A DNA stretch of 64,000 nucleotides from a virus (Duplodnaviria; Caudoviricetes). How positions within the stretch are numbered: position 1 is the first letter of the stretch; every line of letters starts with the position of its first letter. The stretch covers positions 34,608 through 98,607 of IMG/VR virus record IMGVR_UViG_3300028888_000085; one strand, given 5' to 3'. The position numbers were made by a program, and so were the translations under genes. Under the pieces are notes generated by a model that saw only the letters and a program-made list of their open reading frames with translations, ran no database searches and was not told the origin of the DNA. Positions 1-9,316 of the stretch are shown piece after piece.

Positions 1-2
1 AT

Positions 3-2921
3 TCGACAAAGAATTTCATTACGAAAGCATTGAACCAGATTGATGGCGGACGTGGAAGACGTGAGTGTGTCGTTAAAACGTTACGTGGCAAGACTTTGAA
101 CAGAACACGTAATCGTAAAGTTGAACGTACTGCGTATAATTCTGATGACATGATGCGTGCATCGTACAACCTTGTTGACCAGATTAAGTCGTATGCAAGA
201 AAGCATCAGGGAATCAAGTTCTATCAGTGCAAGCCACGTGACATGGTGAAAGTCTATGATTACGAGCAGTCAAAGTATGTATGGATTGACTGTGTAGGGT
301 TGGATTCGTCACATTACGGCGACCAACCTGTATTTTCAGACAGCCGTACAGGCATTGATTACACAAGGGATGATTTTAACCCTGCTGATGTGGTGAGACT
401 GTGTGCAACATTCTCATCCATGCTTAGTGTCGGTGAAGGTCGAAACACGAAGTCCAGGACACGTTATCTGCATAAGACGTTAGAAGGTTTTAACGATGGC
501 GATGTTGAAGAAATTTACGATACGGACGCAAATGGTAATCAGACGTTAGTTGACCGTCGTGTTTATGGTATCAGCATCATGCCTGACCCAAAAGGAAACA
601 TCCCTCTCATTGAAGAGATTAAGAGCTATGTTCGATTCCTGAAAACAGGACAAGTTCCGCGTAAAAGTAATCTTGAACCATCATCCACATCGAAGCAGCG
701 TCTCGCCGCATTGAAAGCTCAGTATGGTGATGACTGGAAATCGCATGTAAACAGTACGGATGTTGCACAGCCAAAGGATTCTGATTCGCTTATCGTTACT
801 GACTTCTCGAACAAGCGTGTTGCAATGGGTAATCTCAAGAAGCTGATGATTGCCGCTGTTAAGAACAATGTCATTTCTCAGGAAGAGCTTCTTGAGATTT
901 TGCACCCTCTGAATGATAACGATACTGCGGATTCGGTTCGTATGTCGATTCTTCGTGATAATCCGGAATTGGCGGATATTCTGCCGGTTGTGTTTGGTGA
1001 CATCGACACGAAAGAACTTGAGCATGGCGTAGGCTCGCACGCTCATGGAATGGACTTTGATGACCTCTTGGATGACCCTTCCAAACACGATGCGGCTGCA
1101 CGTATTACCGGTGATTCTCCGAAAGACCCGGAAACAGGAAAACGTGCAAGAACAGGCGGACCTGGAAAGCGTCTTGATTGGGAACAATCTTCTTACCGTG
1201 CAATCGCTGAACAAGAAGCGAATGCATACATTTCAATGCTTACGGATGTAACCGGCGGCAAAGGCTCAACTAAGGTTGTTGGTCGTGAAGAAGCTCTGAA
1301 CAAACAGGATGCGACTGACATGATTATTGCCATTCAGTCTGACTTCCAAGGCAAGGGTTCAAAAGCAACGGGACGCAATTTTGCTGATGCCTGGATGGGT
1401 GACCCGTCACGTGAGGATTACGGCTTTGATACTGAACATGCTGTTTATGGTGGTATCTCTGTGTCGTTCGGTGGTTTTGCCCGGCGTGAACCTGAGATAG
1501 GCAAGAGCGGTAAACCGTTACGTGGCGGAAAGGTAAGTTACAATGTCAGTGGTCGTGGTGCTAATGCACCTGACTGGAGTTGTTCATTAAGCATTAAAAT
1601 TGCTGCTCCGTATGTCGGCAGTCTTGATGACCCACAGGCAGAGCATGACCTCATTCCGTTCTGTGTCTCTGTAAGTCTTGGACAGATGAATGGTGTTCAG
1701 AGTGTTGGTCGTAAGAAACTCGAAGAGCATATTGACCGTGTGTTCTCAGGTCTGGTCAAAACCCGTGGTCGTGCTTATGGATGTTCCCTCGTGGATAACG
1801 TGTATAATGCGACTGCTATGTGCCGTGAAGTCGATGCCGACAAACAAGTGGAAGGGCTGAAATTCCTTACCCGTTGTGCATGTGCTGCCTTCGGTGAGTG
1901 TATTGACCTTGTTGATGGAATCGACATTGACGATTCTGCAAGCATTCGTAATATGGTTAATGTGAACGTGTTCGAGAGCCGCACACGTAAATCTTTACGT
2001 AACAGTAACAGTAAAAGACGTAATGAAGCTATGGTATACAGCAGAGATGAGGATTACCCAATTCAGGAGTTGATTGAATGGGTAAACATGAATGGAGTCC
2101 CTTCCATTGAGTCAGAAATAACTGCTTCTGATGTACGTGATTTCAGAGAGCTTTGCGCAGATGGGTGGGTAAAGTTGAATGACAATTACATTCAGCAGCT
2201 TCTTCGTGACATGAGCTATATTAAGAAGCATACCACATCTCGCCGTCAGTTCCTTACTCCATCGGAGAAAAAAGAACTGCGTGATGATATGGAAGAGTTG
2301 TTCGATGCCTTTGAGCGGTTTGACGATTCCATTGTGGATGACCCCGTTGCCATCTTTATCCGTGATAATGCGAACCGTGGCGGAAATGGAAGTGAGATGC
2401 CTTACTACCTTGAGTCGAGTATTCGCAACTGCCGTAACTGGGTTCAGGATAACAAGAAAGATAATGAAGAACTGTCGTTCTATGCGACAGATATTCTTGA
2501 CTGTCTTGACCAGATTGAGGATTCTTTTAATGAAAAACATTATTCCTGCGATGCTTCTCGCTTAGGGTATGGCGATGCTTCTTTTGAGATTAAAGATGAT
2601 TCGTCACTTCCAAAGTATTTGGACATTCTCAAAGGTCGTGGAAAAGTGTCGATGCAGGACTTTGAAGAGATGTATGAAGAAGTTGAGCGTATAGACGGTA
2701 CTGTCGAGGCTATGTTTGATTTAGACCTTGAGCAGATAGATTCACTTGAGGAATCTTTATCCATTGATTCTGACCTTGAAGGTCTGTTCAAAGATTTGCG
2801 TGATTTATGGCTAAAGGTGATTGATGCCATAGATGGATTCCCCGGACATCTTCAAAACAATTTAAGATTCTCGTGGGAAAGCGTTAATCGAAACAGCATA
2901 AGACGTAAGATGAATATCTAA
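3..2921 (+). CDS. Large hypothetical phage protein, 5'-truncated by the window; possible virion/internal protein
   Basis: The reading frame stays open back to position 3. No recognisable family motif; contains a basic ES-R/K-rich-E linker. Confidence 0.6.
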   Translation, partial: STKNFITKALNQIDGGRGRRECVVKTLRGKTLNRTRNRKVERTAYNSDDMMRASYNLVDQIKSYARKHQGIKFYQCKPRDMVKVYDYEQSKYVWIDCVGLDSSHYGDQPVFSDSRTGIDYTRDDFNPADVVRLCATFSSMLSVGEGRNTKSRTRYLHKTLEGFNDGDVEEIYDTDANGNQTLVDRRVYGISIMPDPKGNIPLIEEIKSYVRFLKTGQVPRKSNLEPSSTSKQRLAALKAQYGDDWKSHVNSTDVAQPKDSDSLIVTDFSNKRVAMGNLKKLMIAAVKNNVISQEELLEILHPLNDNDTADSVRMSILRDNPELADILPVVFGDIDTKELEHGVGSHAHGMDFDDLLDDPSKHDAAARITGDSPKDPETGKRARTGGPGKRLDWEQSSYRAIAEQEANAYISMLTDVTGGKGSTKVVGREEALNKQDATDMIIAIQSDFQGKGSKATGRNFADAWMGDPSREDYGFDTEHAVYGGISVSFGGFARREPEIGKSGKPLRGGKVSYNVSGRGANAPDWSCSLSIKIAAPYVGSLDDPQAEHDLIPFCVSVSLGQMNGVQSVGRKKLEEHIDRVFSGLVKTRGRAYGCSLVDNVYNATAMCREVDADKQVEGLKFLTRCACAAFGECIDLVDGIDIDDSASIRNMVNVNVFESRTRKSLRNSNSKRRNEAMVYSRDEDYPIQELIEWVNMNGVPSIESEITASDVRDFRELCADGWVKLNDNYIQQLLRDMSYIKKHTTSRRQFLTPSEKKELRDDMEELFDAFERFDDSIVDDPVAIFIRDNANRGGNGSEMPYYLESSIRNCRNWVQDNKKDNEELSFYATDILDCLDQIEDSFNEKHYSCDASRLGYGDASFEIKDDSSLPKYLDILKGRGKVSMQDFEEMYEEVERIDGTVEAMFDLDLEQIDSLEESLSIDSDLEGLFKDLRDLWLKVIDAIDGFPGHLQNNLRFSWESVNRNSIRRKMNI

Positions 2922-2951
2922 TCTGTGTGCAGTCCTCTTGCGTGTTTGAAG

Positions 2952-2986
2952 AAAAATCCCTGTGTTCTCCGTCATAGGGATTTTTC
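2952..2986 (+). terminator. Intrinsic terminator hairpin
   Basis: AAAAATCCCTG...TAGGGATTTTT inverted repeat with a T-tract, after the ORF stop. Confidence 0.7.
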
Positions 2987-2999
2987 TTTATATGGTACT

Positions 3000-3101
3000 C
3001 AAATTTGCCCTGTACTAAAAAGTTACGTCCTTATCCTGGTGAGTACACACATAAAACAAAAATGCGTCAGAACGCAAATTAGACCCATTTACGGATGTGT
3101 T
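3000..3101 (+). repeat. Dispersed ~100-bp intergenic element, copy 1
   Basis: CAAATTTGCCCTGTACTAAAAAGTTACG...CAAATTAGACCC, similar to 15223-15325 and to the reverse complement of 39040-39142. Confidence 0.85.
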
Positions 3102-3117
3102 TGTTCAGGAGGTAAAA

Positions 3118-3846
3118 ATGGCACGTAAAATCGTTGATATCCGTGATTACGATATGGGGTTGCTTCGTCGGTTTCAGTTCTTCTATCCAAACACGGTATG
3201 GGTGAATCGTGCGAGCATTTCCATCGCTGAAATCAGGGACAATAAGATTTACGAGGGGCAGGATATTTCATTTCCAGTCCTGATTCTTCGTAGAACCCAA
3301 TGTCCTGTGATTTATAAAGACAACAATACGTATTCGCAGTTAAAGACAGGTGACCGAAGAACGAACATGATGTCTCCTGAGCAGATAGCCGAGCATGGAT
3401 ATCCTGATGACCTTACCATTGTGAACAGTTCGTATGAGCTGAAATATGACCTTGAGATTATCGCTCTTGACCGGGATAACTTTGATGAACTTGTCGTTGA
3501 GGCACAGGAAAACCTTATACGTTTTCCATATCTTACGTTCGATGCTGATGATGCTATCGTTGATGGTATGAGTGTGCATTTGCTTTTTGATGGTATACAG
3601 GATAATTCCGATTTGGACAATTTCGATGAGCACACACCATTTTATCGTGCGACCTTGTCATTGACGTTGCGTGCCTGGATATTCCGTAAATATCGCAGGT
3701 ATCAGGTTGACGACATGGGTATTCACATGAAAGTTAAAGATACGGACAAATCAAAAGGTATTGTGACAGAGCTTGAGGTTCACGCACCACGTGAGGAATT
3801 TGTACCACAAGGAGGAATCGATGTTAAAACGGGTCTTAAAAAATAG
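3118..3846 (+). CDS. Putative tail completion/terminator protein (T4 gp15-like)
   Basis: SD AGGAGG before ATG 3118. FPVLILRR...YELKYDLEIIA pattern loosely resembles gp15-type proteins. Confidence 0.4.
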   Translation: MARKIVDIRDYDMGLLRRFQFFYPNTVWVNRASISIAEIRDNKIYEGQDISFPVLILRRTQCPVIYKDNNTYSQLKTGDRRTNMMSPEQIAEHGYPDDLTIVNSSYELKYDLEIIALDRDNFDELVVEAQENLIRFPYLTFDADDAIVDGMSVHLLFDGIQDNSDLDNFDEHTPFYRATLSLTLRAWIFRKYRRYQVDDMGIHMKVKDTDKSKGIVTELEVHAPREEFVPQGGIDVKTGLKK

Positions 3847-5029
3847 AGTTTTTTGTAATGAATCAGAAGCGCAAGATGCCAAGTGGCGTCTTGATGTGGC
3901 ACAGGACATCTGTCAGGCATTGAACATCGTTGACCATTTCTCTGATGGCGACAAGTGGGAAGTTATTCCACATGAATCTGACGGGTATGTTACTGTAAGG
4001 AACACTTCGGATGACGACTATATGGACGGGTTGTTCTGTGAAGTCGAAATCGACAATGTTTGGGCGAAATGTTTTGCAGCCCCAAACAGAGATGGCGGTG
4101 ATTACGTTCTTATCGGTAAGGTTCGGTGGATGGCACGTGACCTTCTGGACAAGGTTACGGCTCTTGTTGGTTGCGGTGCTGAATGTTCCATTGAATCAAG
4201 GAAACGTAAAAGAAATGAATCTGACTATGATGAAGATGAGTATGAAGATGAGGAAATGTCCGATGAGGATATTGAGGCATGGATTTCTGACCTGTATGAT
4301 GTGACAGTGGATGCATCACAGGAAGGTAAGATTTTCGTCCTTAAGGTAAGGCTGGATGCTCGTAAGATGCTCAAGGTTGAACTGTACAGGGATTCTTCCG
4401 GTCCTGGTACTTCCACATGGTATGCCCATTTCACGACTCCGAGATATGTTTATTCAAAAGAGTTTCATCTGAATGCAGAAGACGAAAGAGCTTATGCTGT
4501 AGAGCTTGCCATGAAGTTTGCGGACAGTAAAGATTGGTTCGCAGAAGACTTTGAAGATGACGTTGAAGACTATGATGAACAGCGTAATTTAGGCAATCAT
4601 CGTTTCCGTAAGGAAGCAAGATATGGTCGTAACCGTGTACGTAAATTTGAGAGTGCTGTTTATTCACAGAAATATGCAGACAGGGCAAAAGAACTGGATG
4701 GTCTTAAAGGACAGGAACTTTTTGATGCACTCAAACCCGGAGATATTCTTCAAGGAATTTGGGGTTACAACAGAACGATTACAGACTACTTTATCGTGAA
4801 ACGAAAGACCGCAAAGCGCGTTATTGTTCATCAGATTGAACGAAAGAATGGTGACCAACCGAACGATTCCTGGGGCGGTTGGTCTGTATGCCCTGTACTT
4901 CCACCGAAAGAGATGGAACGTGAAAAAGACCGCCAGGGAACTCCTGATGGTGATGCAATCAAATTGGCGGACTACCCAAAATACCTTCGCATTTACAAAG
5001 GCGATTACGGTTGGGAGAATATGGATTAG
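3821..5029 (+). CDS. Hypothetical multi-domain protein with basic linkers (putative head-internal protein)
   Basis: SD GGAGG before ATG 3821; linkers IESRKRKRNES and RKEARYGRNRVRKFES. Confidence 0.65.
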   Translation: MLKRVLKNRVFCNESEAQDAKWRLDVAQDICQALNIVDHFSDGDKWEVIPHESDGYVTVRNTSDDDYMDGLFCEVEIDNVWAKCFAAPNRDGGDYVLIGKVRWMARDLLDKVTALVGCGAECSIESRKRKRNESDYDEDEYEDEEMSDEDIEAWISDLYDVTVDASQEGKIFVLKVRLDARKMLKVELYRDSSGPGTSTWYAHFTTPRYVYSKEFHLNAEDERAYAVELAMKFADSKDWFAEDFEDDVEDYDEQRNLGNHRFRKEARYGRNRVRKFESAVYSQKYADRAKELDGLKGQELFDALKPGDILQGIWGYNRTITDYFIVKRKTAKRVIVHQIERKNGDQPNDSWGGWSVCPVLPPKEMEREKDRQGTPDGDAIKLADYPKYLRIYKGDYGWENMD

Positions 5030-5115
5030 TTCTGTCTTGTATCTAACTTAAAGAATCTATGGTGCACAATAGTCAAATCATGTGCACCTTTTGCACATGA
5101 TTTGGAGATTTCATT

Positions 5116-5508
5116 ATGTACAGAAACGATAAACTTGAAATTGCTTCACAGGATTTCGTTAAGTCATTGACTAAGACACGGGCGATGGAAGACAGTCAAC
5201 CTGCTGACCGTGTTTCTCTGGGTTTCGATGCTGTACTCGCACAGCTTCAGGAACTGGTTTCGACTCTGTCTGACCGTGTTGCACGTGGAGAAGCCGTAAT
5301 TGACCGTGTTGAAGAGGCATTGTCCAATATCGGTATCGACTTGGATGAAGCAGAGGCAGAAGCTGAGAATGCCGAAGACGAAGACAGTGAAAACGCTTCT
5401 GATGAGGAAACAGGCGGTGAGGGTGGTGAAGAACCATCACCTGAAGAAGGCGAAGAACCTGCACCAGAGGAAGGTGAAGAAGAGCCTGAAAACAACAACT
5501 TTGATTAA
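5116..5508 (+). CDS. Acidic coiled-coil hypothetical protein
   Basis: SD GGAG; E/D-rich C-terminus. Confidence 0.65.
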   Translation: MYRNDKLEIASQDFVKSLTKTRAMEDSQPADRVSLGFDAVLAQLQELVSTLSDRVARGEAVIDRVEEALSNIGIDLDEAEAEAENAEDEDSENASDEETGGEGGEEPSPEEGEEPAPEEGEEEPENNNFD

Positions 5509-5521
5509 CAGGAGATACGGT

Positions 5522-6625
5522 ATGCTTCGTACAGACAAACGAAACTTATTGCTTCGTAAGGAAGCATTAGGTGTCAAGTCAACAAATGTTCCTGATGTTC
5601 AGAATTTCAAGCATCTGGTGAAGCTCGCATGGAAGTTCCGTGATAAATCAGTTCAGGAGTTTTCTGACTGGTTGGAAAATAATCTCGTTGGTTTCGATGC
5701 TTATGATTATATGTATGCCATGGCTGCTTTCGGATGCCTTAACGACCAAAAACGTGTCGATGTGTGGGATGCTTTGTTCGCAGTTGTGGAACAATTATTC
5801 GGAAAGTCTTCACCGGAATATAAGTTTGCCCTTGAAACGTATTATACGGATGCTTCGCCATGTTCCAGCCGTAAAGACGTAATACAGCACTGTCTTTACG
5901 TGTACTGGCATGACACACCTGTTGCTGTTGCCATAAGGAAAATGTGCAAAGACTCAAGCTCTTACAGAGGTCAACTCACTTATGACGATGCTTACCCTGT
6001 TATTGCAGTATGTCGAGATACTAAAGTGAAAGGCAATGGTAATCTCTATTCCAGTTATGCTTCTGATATGGAAAAATGGTTTGAAGAGATGTTTGGTCAG
6101 AAGCAAGAGAGTCATTGTATTACACGTAAGCGTTCTACCGAGGCATCCATTCGGTTTGGAAGTGATTTGTGGCAGCAGACTGAACATATCGTGAACAAGG
6201 CCGTCCGGGATGTCATGTTTTCACATCCTCTTTGTAAGGATAGCCGTTTCAAGGTCACGGACATTGAAATTTATGCAGATGACGAACATTGGGTTGAAGG
6301 AAGCGGCGGAACGGTCGATTTTTGTGTTCAGTTTTTCAAGTCTGATTTGTTTGCTGTTGACATGGAAGTCTCGTTCTGTCCAAAAGGCGTTATCGACGGT
6401 GAATTTCGTTGTGATTACGAAGTGATTTTGAACGATGATTCAAAAGTTCGTGTGCGTCCATACAGAGTCGAAAAGGACTTCACTGTTGACTATAAACCAA
6501 CACAGAGTTCTGCTTTTACGTACCTTTCCAATTACTTGTATGACAGCCTGAAAGAGATGATGTTTGAAGCTCTTGAGCATTTGGCTGAGGGACTCGAAAT
6601 GAAAGGCATTTTGATGAACCGTTAA
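5522..6625 (+). CDS. Hypothetical protein with basic N-terminal leader
   Basis: SD AGGAG before ATG 5522 (MLRTDKRNLLLRKEA). Confidence 0.65.
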   Translation: MLRTDKRNLLLRKEALGVKSTNVPDVQNFKHLVKLAWKFRDKSVQEFSDWLENNLVGFDAYDYMYAMAAFGCLNDQKRVDVWDALFAVVEQLFGKSSPEYKFALETYYTDASPCSSRKDVIQHCLYVYWHDTPVAVAIRKMCKDSSSYRGQLTYDDAYPVIAVCRDTKVKGNGNLYSSYASDMEKWFEEMFGQKQESHCITRKRSTEASIRFGSDLWQQTEHIVNKAVRDVMFSHPLCKDSRFKVTDIEIYADDEHWVEGSGGTVDFCVQFFKSDLFAVDMEVSFCPKGVIDGEFRCDYEVILNDDSKVRVRPYRVEKDFTVDYKPTQSSAFTYLSNYLYDSLKEMMFEALEHLAEGLEMKGILMNR

Positions 6626-6671
6626 TCTGTTGGATTTGGTTCATAAGTTCTATTTGAACCCCTAGGAAGTG

Positions 6672-6699
6672 AAAAGGCACTCAAATGAGTGCCTTTTTT
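6672..6699. terminator. Bidirectional intrinsic terminator
   Basis: AAAAGGCACTCA-AA-TGAGTGCCTTTT between convergent genes. Confidence 0.8.
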
Positions 6700-6702
6700 G
6701 TA

Positions 6703-7812
6703 TCATGTGTTGAGGTATTGCTTGACCAAGCTGTCAATTTCTTCATCGGATGCTATCACGCTTTTTATTGCATCAAAGACCTCTTCAAATTCATTACGTT
6801 TCAGAGCTGTTTTGACGGCATTCTTGAGCATTCTGTACGGGTAGGATAACAGACAGTTGTATTTCGTTTCGTTGTCTCTTATGAAGGTGTAGGTTTTCAC
6901 ATACCGTAAAATGTCATTGAGTTTTTCTTCGGTGTCTTGTGGTACAAGTAAATTCAAAGGCTTCGGGCGGTTTGACTTCCACGAACGCATTATTGCGTTG
7001 AACATACTGTCTGCTTCGTAAAATCGTATGTTCAGTGACCTTGACATCTCGTCACGAACACTGTGATTTACCTGTGTTGTTATCACGCTTTTTATCATCG
7101 TGAACAGCCGTGAATTATCGCTGATTCCTTTTAAGAAAAACAGACGGTTGACAGAAGGAAGACGCATGAACTCCGGTACGGTGAAAAACACATCATCCTC
7201 AACGTGGTCTTTTATATCAGTGTGTTTCTCTGTCACTGAACTTTCCATGCAGTTCTGGGCTTCGAGTGTTTTGGTCACATCATACTCCTGATGTGGAGTG
7301 GTCTGTTTGAGTGACTGTTTGAGTGATGTGAAGTCATCGTTCATATTTTTAAGGCTTGTCTCCAACGTCTCTGTTTTCTTTTTAATGCTTTCGTACTCAG
7401 TTTTCATCGACTCTACAATGTAGGGGAACTCTTTAAGCGTAATGTCTTTACTTGTCTTTTCTTTTAGGTACAGCTCGCAGAGTTTCTTGGTCACGAATGC
7501 GATGAATCTGTTTGCAACTGTTGGTGCGTATTCTATCATAAGCATGATGGAAACAGACAGGTTGTACATCGTATCTTGCATTCCGTACCGTACACACTTG
7601 TCATCGTCAAGCACTCCGCTTGTCATTATGCGGTTGGCCTTAACGAATGCAACCGTCGCATTACACAGGTCGCTTATCTGTTCGGATGTGAGCCATACAG
7701 TGCAGTTTTCAAGGTCAAAATTTTCACGTGGTATGTCGATGTTTATCTGCTTGTCGCCATATACCGTGTCAAATGTGATGAGTTCGCTTGTTTCAAAATT
7801 TTTCTTTTTCAT
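6703..7812 (-). CDS. Protein with RhuM-like N-terminal domain and coiled coil
   Basis: TVWLTSEQISDL...YNLSV...ANRFIAFVTKKL resembles RhuM-family motifs. Confidence 0.45.
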   Translation of the reverse strand: MKKKNFETSELITFDTVYGDKQINIDIPRENFDLENCTVWLTSEQISDLCNATVAFVKANRIMTSGVLDDDKCVRYGMQDTMYNLSVSIMLMIEYAPTVANRFIAFVTKKLCELYLKEKTSKDITLKEFPYIVESMKTEYESIKKKTETLETSLKNMNDDFTSLKQSLKQTTPHQEYDVTKTLEAQNCMESSVTEKHTDIKDHVEDDVFFTVPEFMRLPSVNRLFFLKGISDNSRLFTMIKSVITTQVNHSVRDEMSRSLNIRFYEADSMFNAIMRSWKSNRPKPLNLLVPQDTEEKLNDILRYVKTYTFIRDNETKYNCLLSYPYRMLKNAVKTALKRNEFEEVFDAIKSVIASDEEIDSLVKQYLNT

Positions 7813-7938
7813 ACCTTTACCCTCTACCTATGAGTTACATGTGAGTAACAAAAAGACCAAAAAATCTTGGTCTTGTCTCTTAGTTCTATCATACTCATGT
7901 GTGTCTTTTGTTTCACAGCACCATAAGTTGAGCGTGCC

Positions 7939-8259
7939 ATGAGATTTGCAGTCAGGAATCCATACGACAACGGTTATGCCGGTGTTCTTGTTCAACGTGT
8001 TCTGGCACAGGGTCTTCTGTGTTTTATGCAGCTGTCAAAAATGGAACTTCGTAAATCAAAATTAAGGGAGTGTGACAGTGTTTTGCGCAGCATTGCGTAT
8101 GACGAGGTACGGCATGAGTTTTACTTCAAGCAGGACATTCGATTCAGACAGATGTATTACAACGACACCGTGCCGGTGCTGCGGTCGTGGGTATCGTCAT
8201 TTTTGCAGTATATAACGGTTTCGCCTTTGGTTGGAAATCTCAGGAGGTTTGGGTTATGA
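7939..8259 (+). CDS. Hypothetical protein
   Basis: ORF whose stop overlaps the next start (ATGA). Confidence 0.5.
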   Translation: MRFAVRNPYDNGYAGVLVQRVLAQGLLCFMQLSKMELRKSKLRECDSVLRSIAYDEVRHEFYFKQDIRFRQMYYNDTVPVLRSWVSSFLQYITVSPLVGNLRRFGL

Positions 8260-8843
8260 TTAAGAGCAGTAAAGACAGTCAGAAGAAAACACGTTACGAG
8301 CATCTTTCGTCCACAAAGAAAGGTTGTGTAAAGAAACTTCGTTGTGAGGGTGCTAATGAAAACAAGCGTACTACGTATGGATGCATCAATCCAGAGGACG
8401 CTGAGTATTGCGACGTACTTTATCAGGTAGGTATTTGGCCTGGTGCTGGGTATTTTCTTGATACGATGCTCGTATGGGGCGGAAAGTCCATCGAAGAAGT
8501 TCTCGAAACCGCTGTCGGGTGGTGTGAAGATAACGCTCCACACTTGCTTGTTTCCGATGAGGACGTTTACGATATTCAGGGTGATTATGTCCGTGATGCT
8601 ATTCTTGACGACCCTGAAAAATTCGGCTTTACACCTGAAGATGTTGAAAGCGTCAAAGACATGAGCATGGATGAAATCTGTAACCGTATTGGCGGTGATG
8701 ATGTTTGGTACGATTTGTGTGATGAAGCACTTGAGGCATACGACATTCTGTACGTTGACCCACAGCTTTACGTTCGTGGAGAAAATCTCCGTATCGAAGA
8801 GGTTGACCCTGCTGACTATCCTGATGACGGTGTTCGTCCTTAG
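8256..8843 (+). CDS. Hypothetical protein, basic leader plus acidic domain
   Basis: SD AGGAGG before ATG 8256. Confidence 0.65.
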   Translation: MIKSSKDSQKKTRYEHLSSTKKGCVKKLRCEGANENKRTTYGCINPEDAEYCDVLYQVGIWPGAGYFLDTMLVWGGKSIEEVLETAVGWCEDNAPHLLVSDEDVYDIQGDYVRDAILDDPEKFGFTPEDVESVKDMSMDEICNRIGGDDVWYDLCDEALEAYDILYVDPQLYVRGENLRIEEVDPADYPDDGVRP

Positions 8844-9316
8844 TATGAAATAACGTTTATCTTTGAAACGATGACAAAAAGTCCGCATGGGATTCTTCCT
8901 TTACGGACTTTTTTTATTTTGAACTTTGGTGGCACGATGAAATACTGTATCGAACTGAAACGTGTTAGTGATTCTGAATGGCGTCAGTATAAGACGTATG
9001 ATTCATGCATTGTTGCTCATTTCAATGCATTTAGGGGTCGTGTCTGGACAAACTTTTTGCTCTGTCTTCGTGGTGTAGACCAACGCATAGAAACACGTGT
9101 TGTACCTGTTTACGAATGACTCCTGGCACGCGTCATAAAGTCTTTTGTTTCTTTTGTTTCATAAACATAAGCATCCACCGTGTGACATTTATTATCAAAG
9201 TTTGGTGCTGACATTTACGTGCCGTATGTGCATTTAAGGTCTTCACCTGTTGTGCGCACATCGGTGCTGACCCGCACGGGCACGATTTTACGTTGTACAA
9301 CGAAAAGGAGATGCTT

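Noticed and set aside
9202-9240. Tenth copy of the promoter box (TTGGTGCTGA) before the sheath gene
   Set aside because: Two mismatches and off spacing to any -10; not counted.
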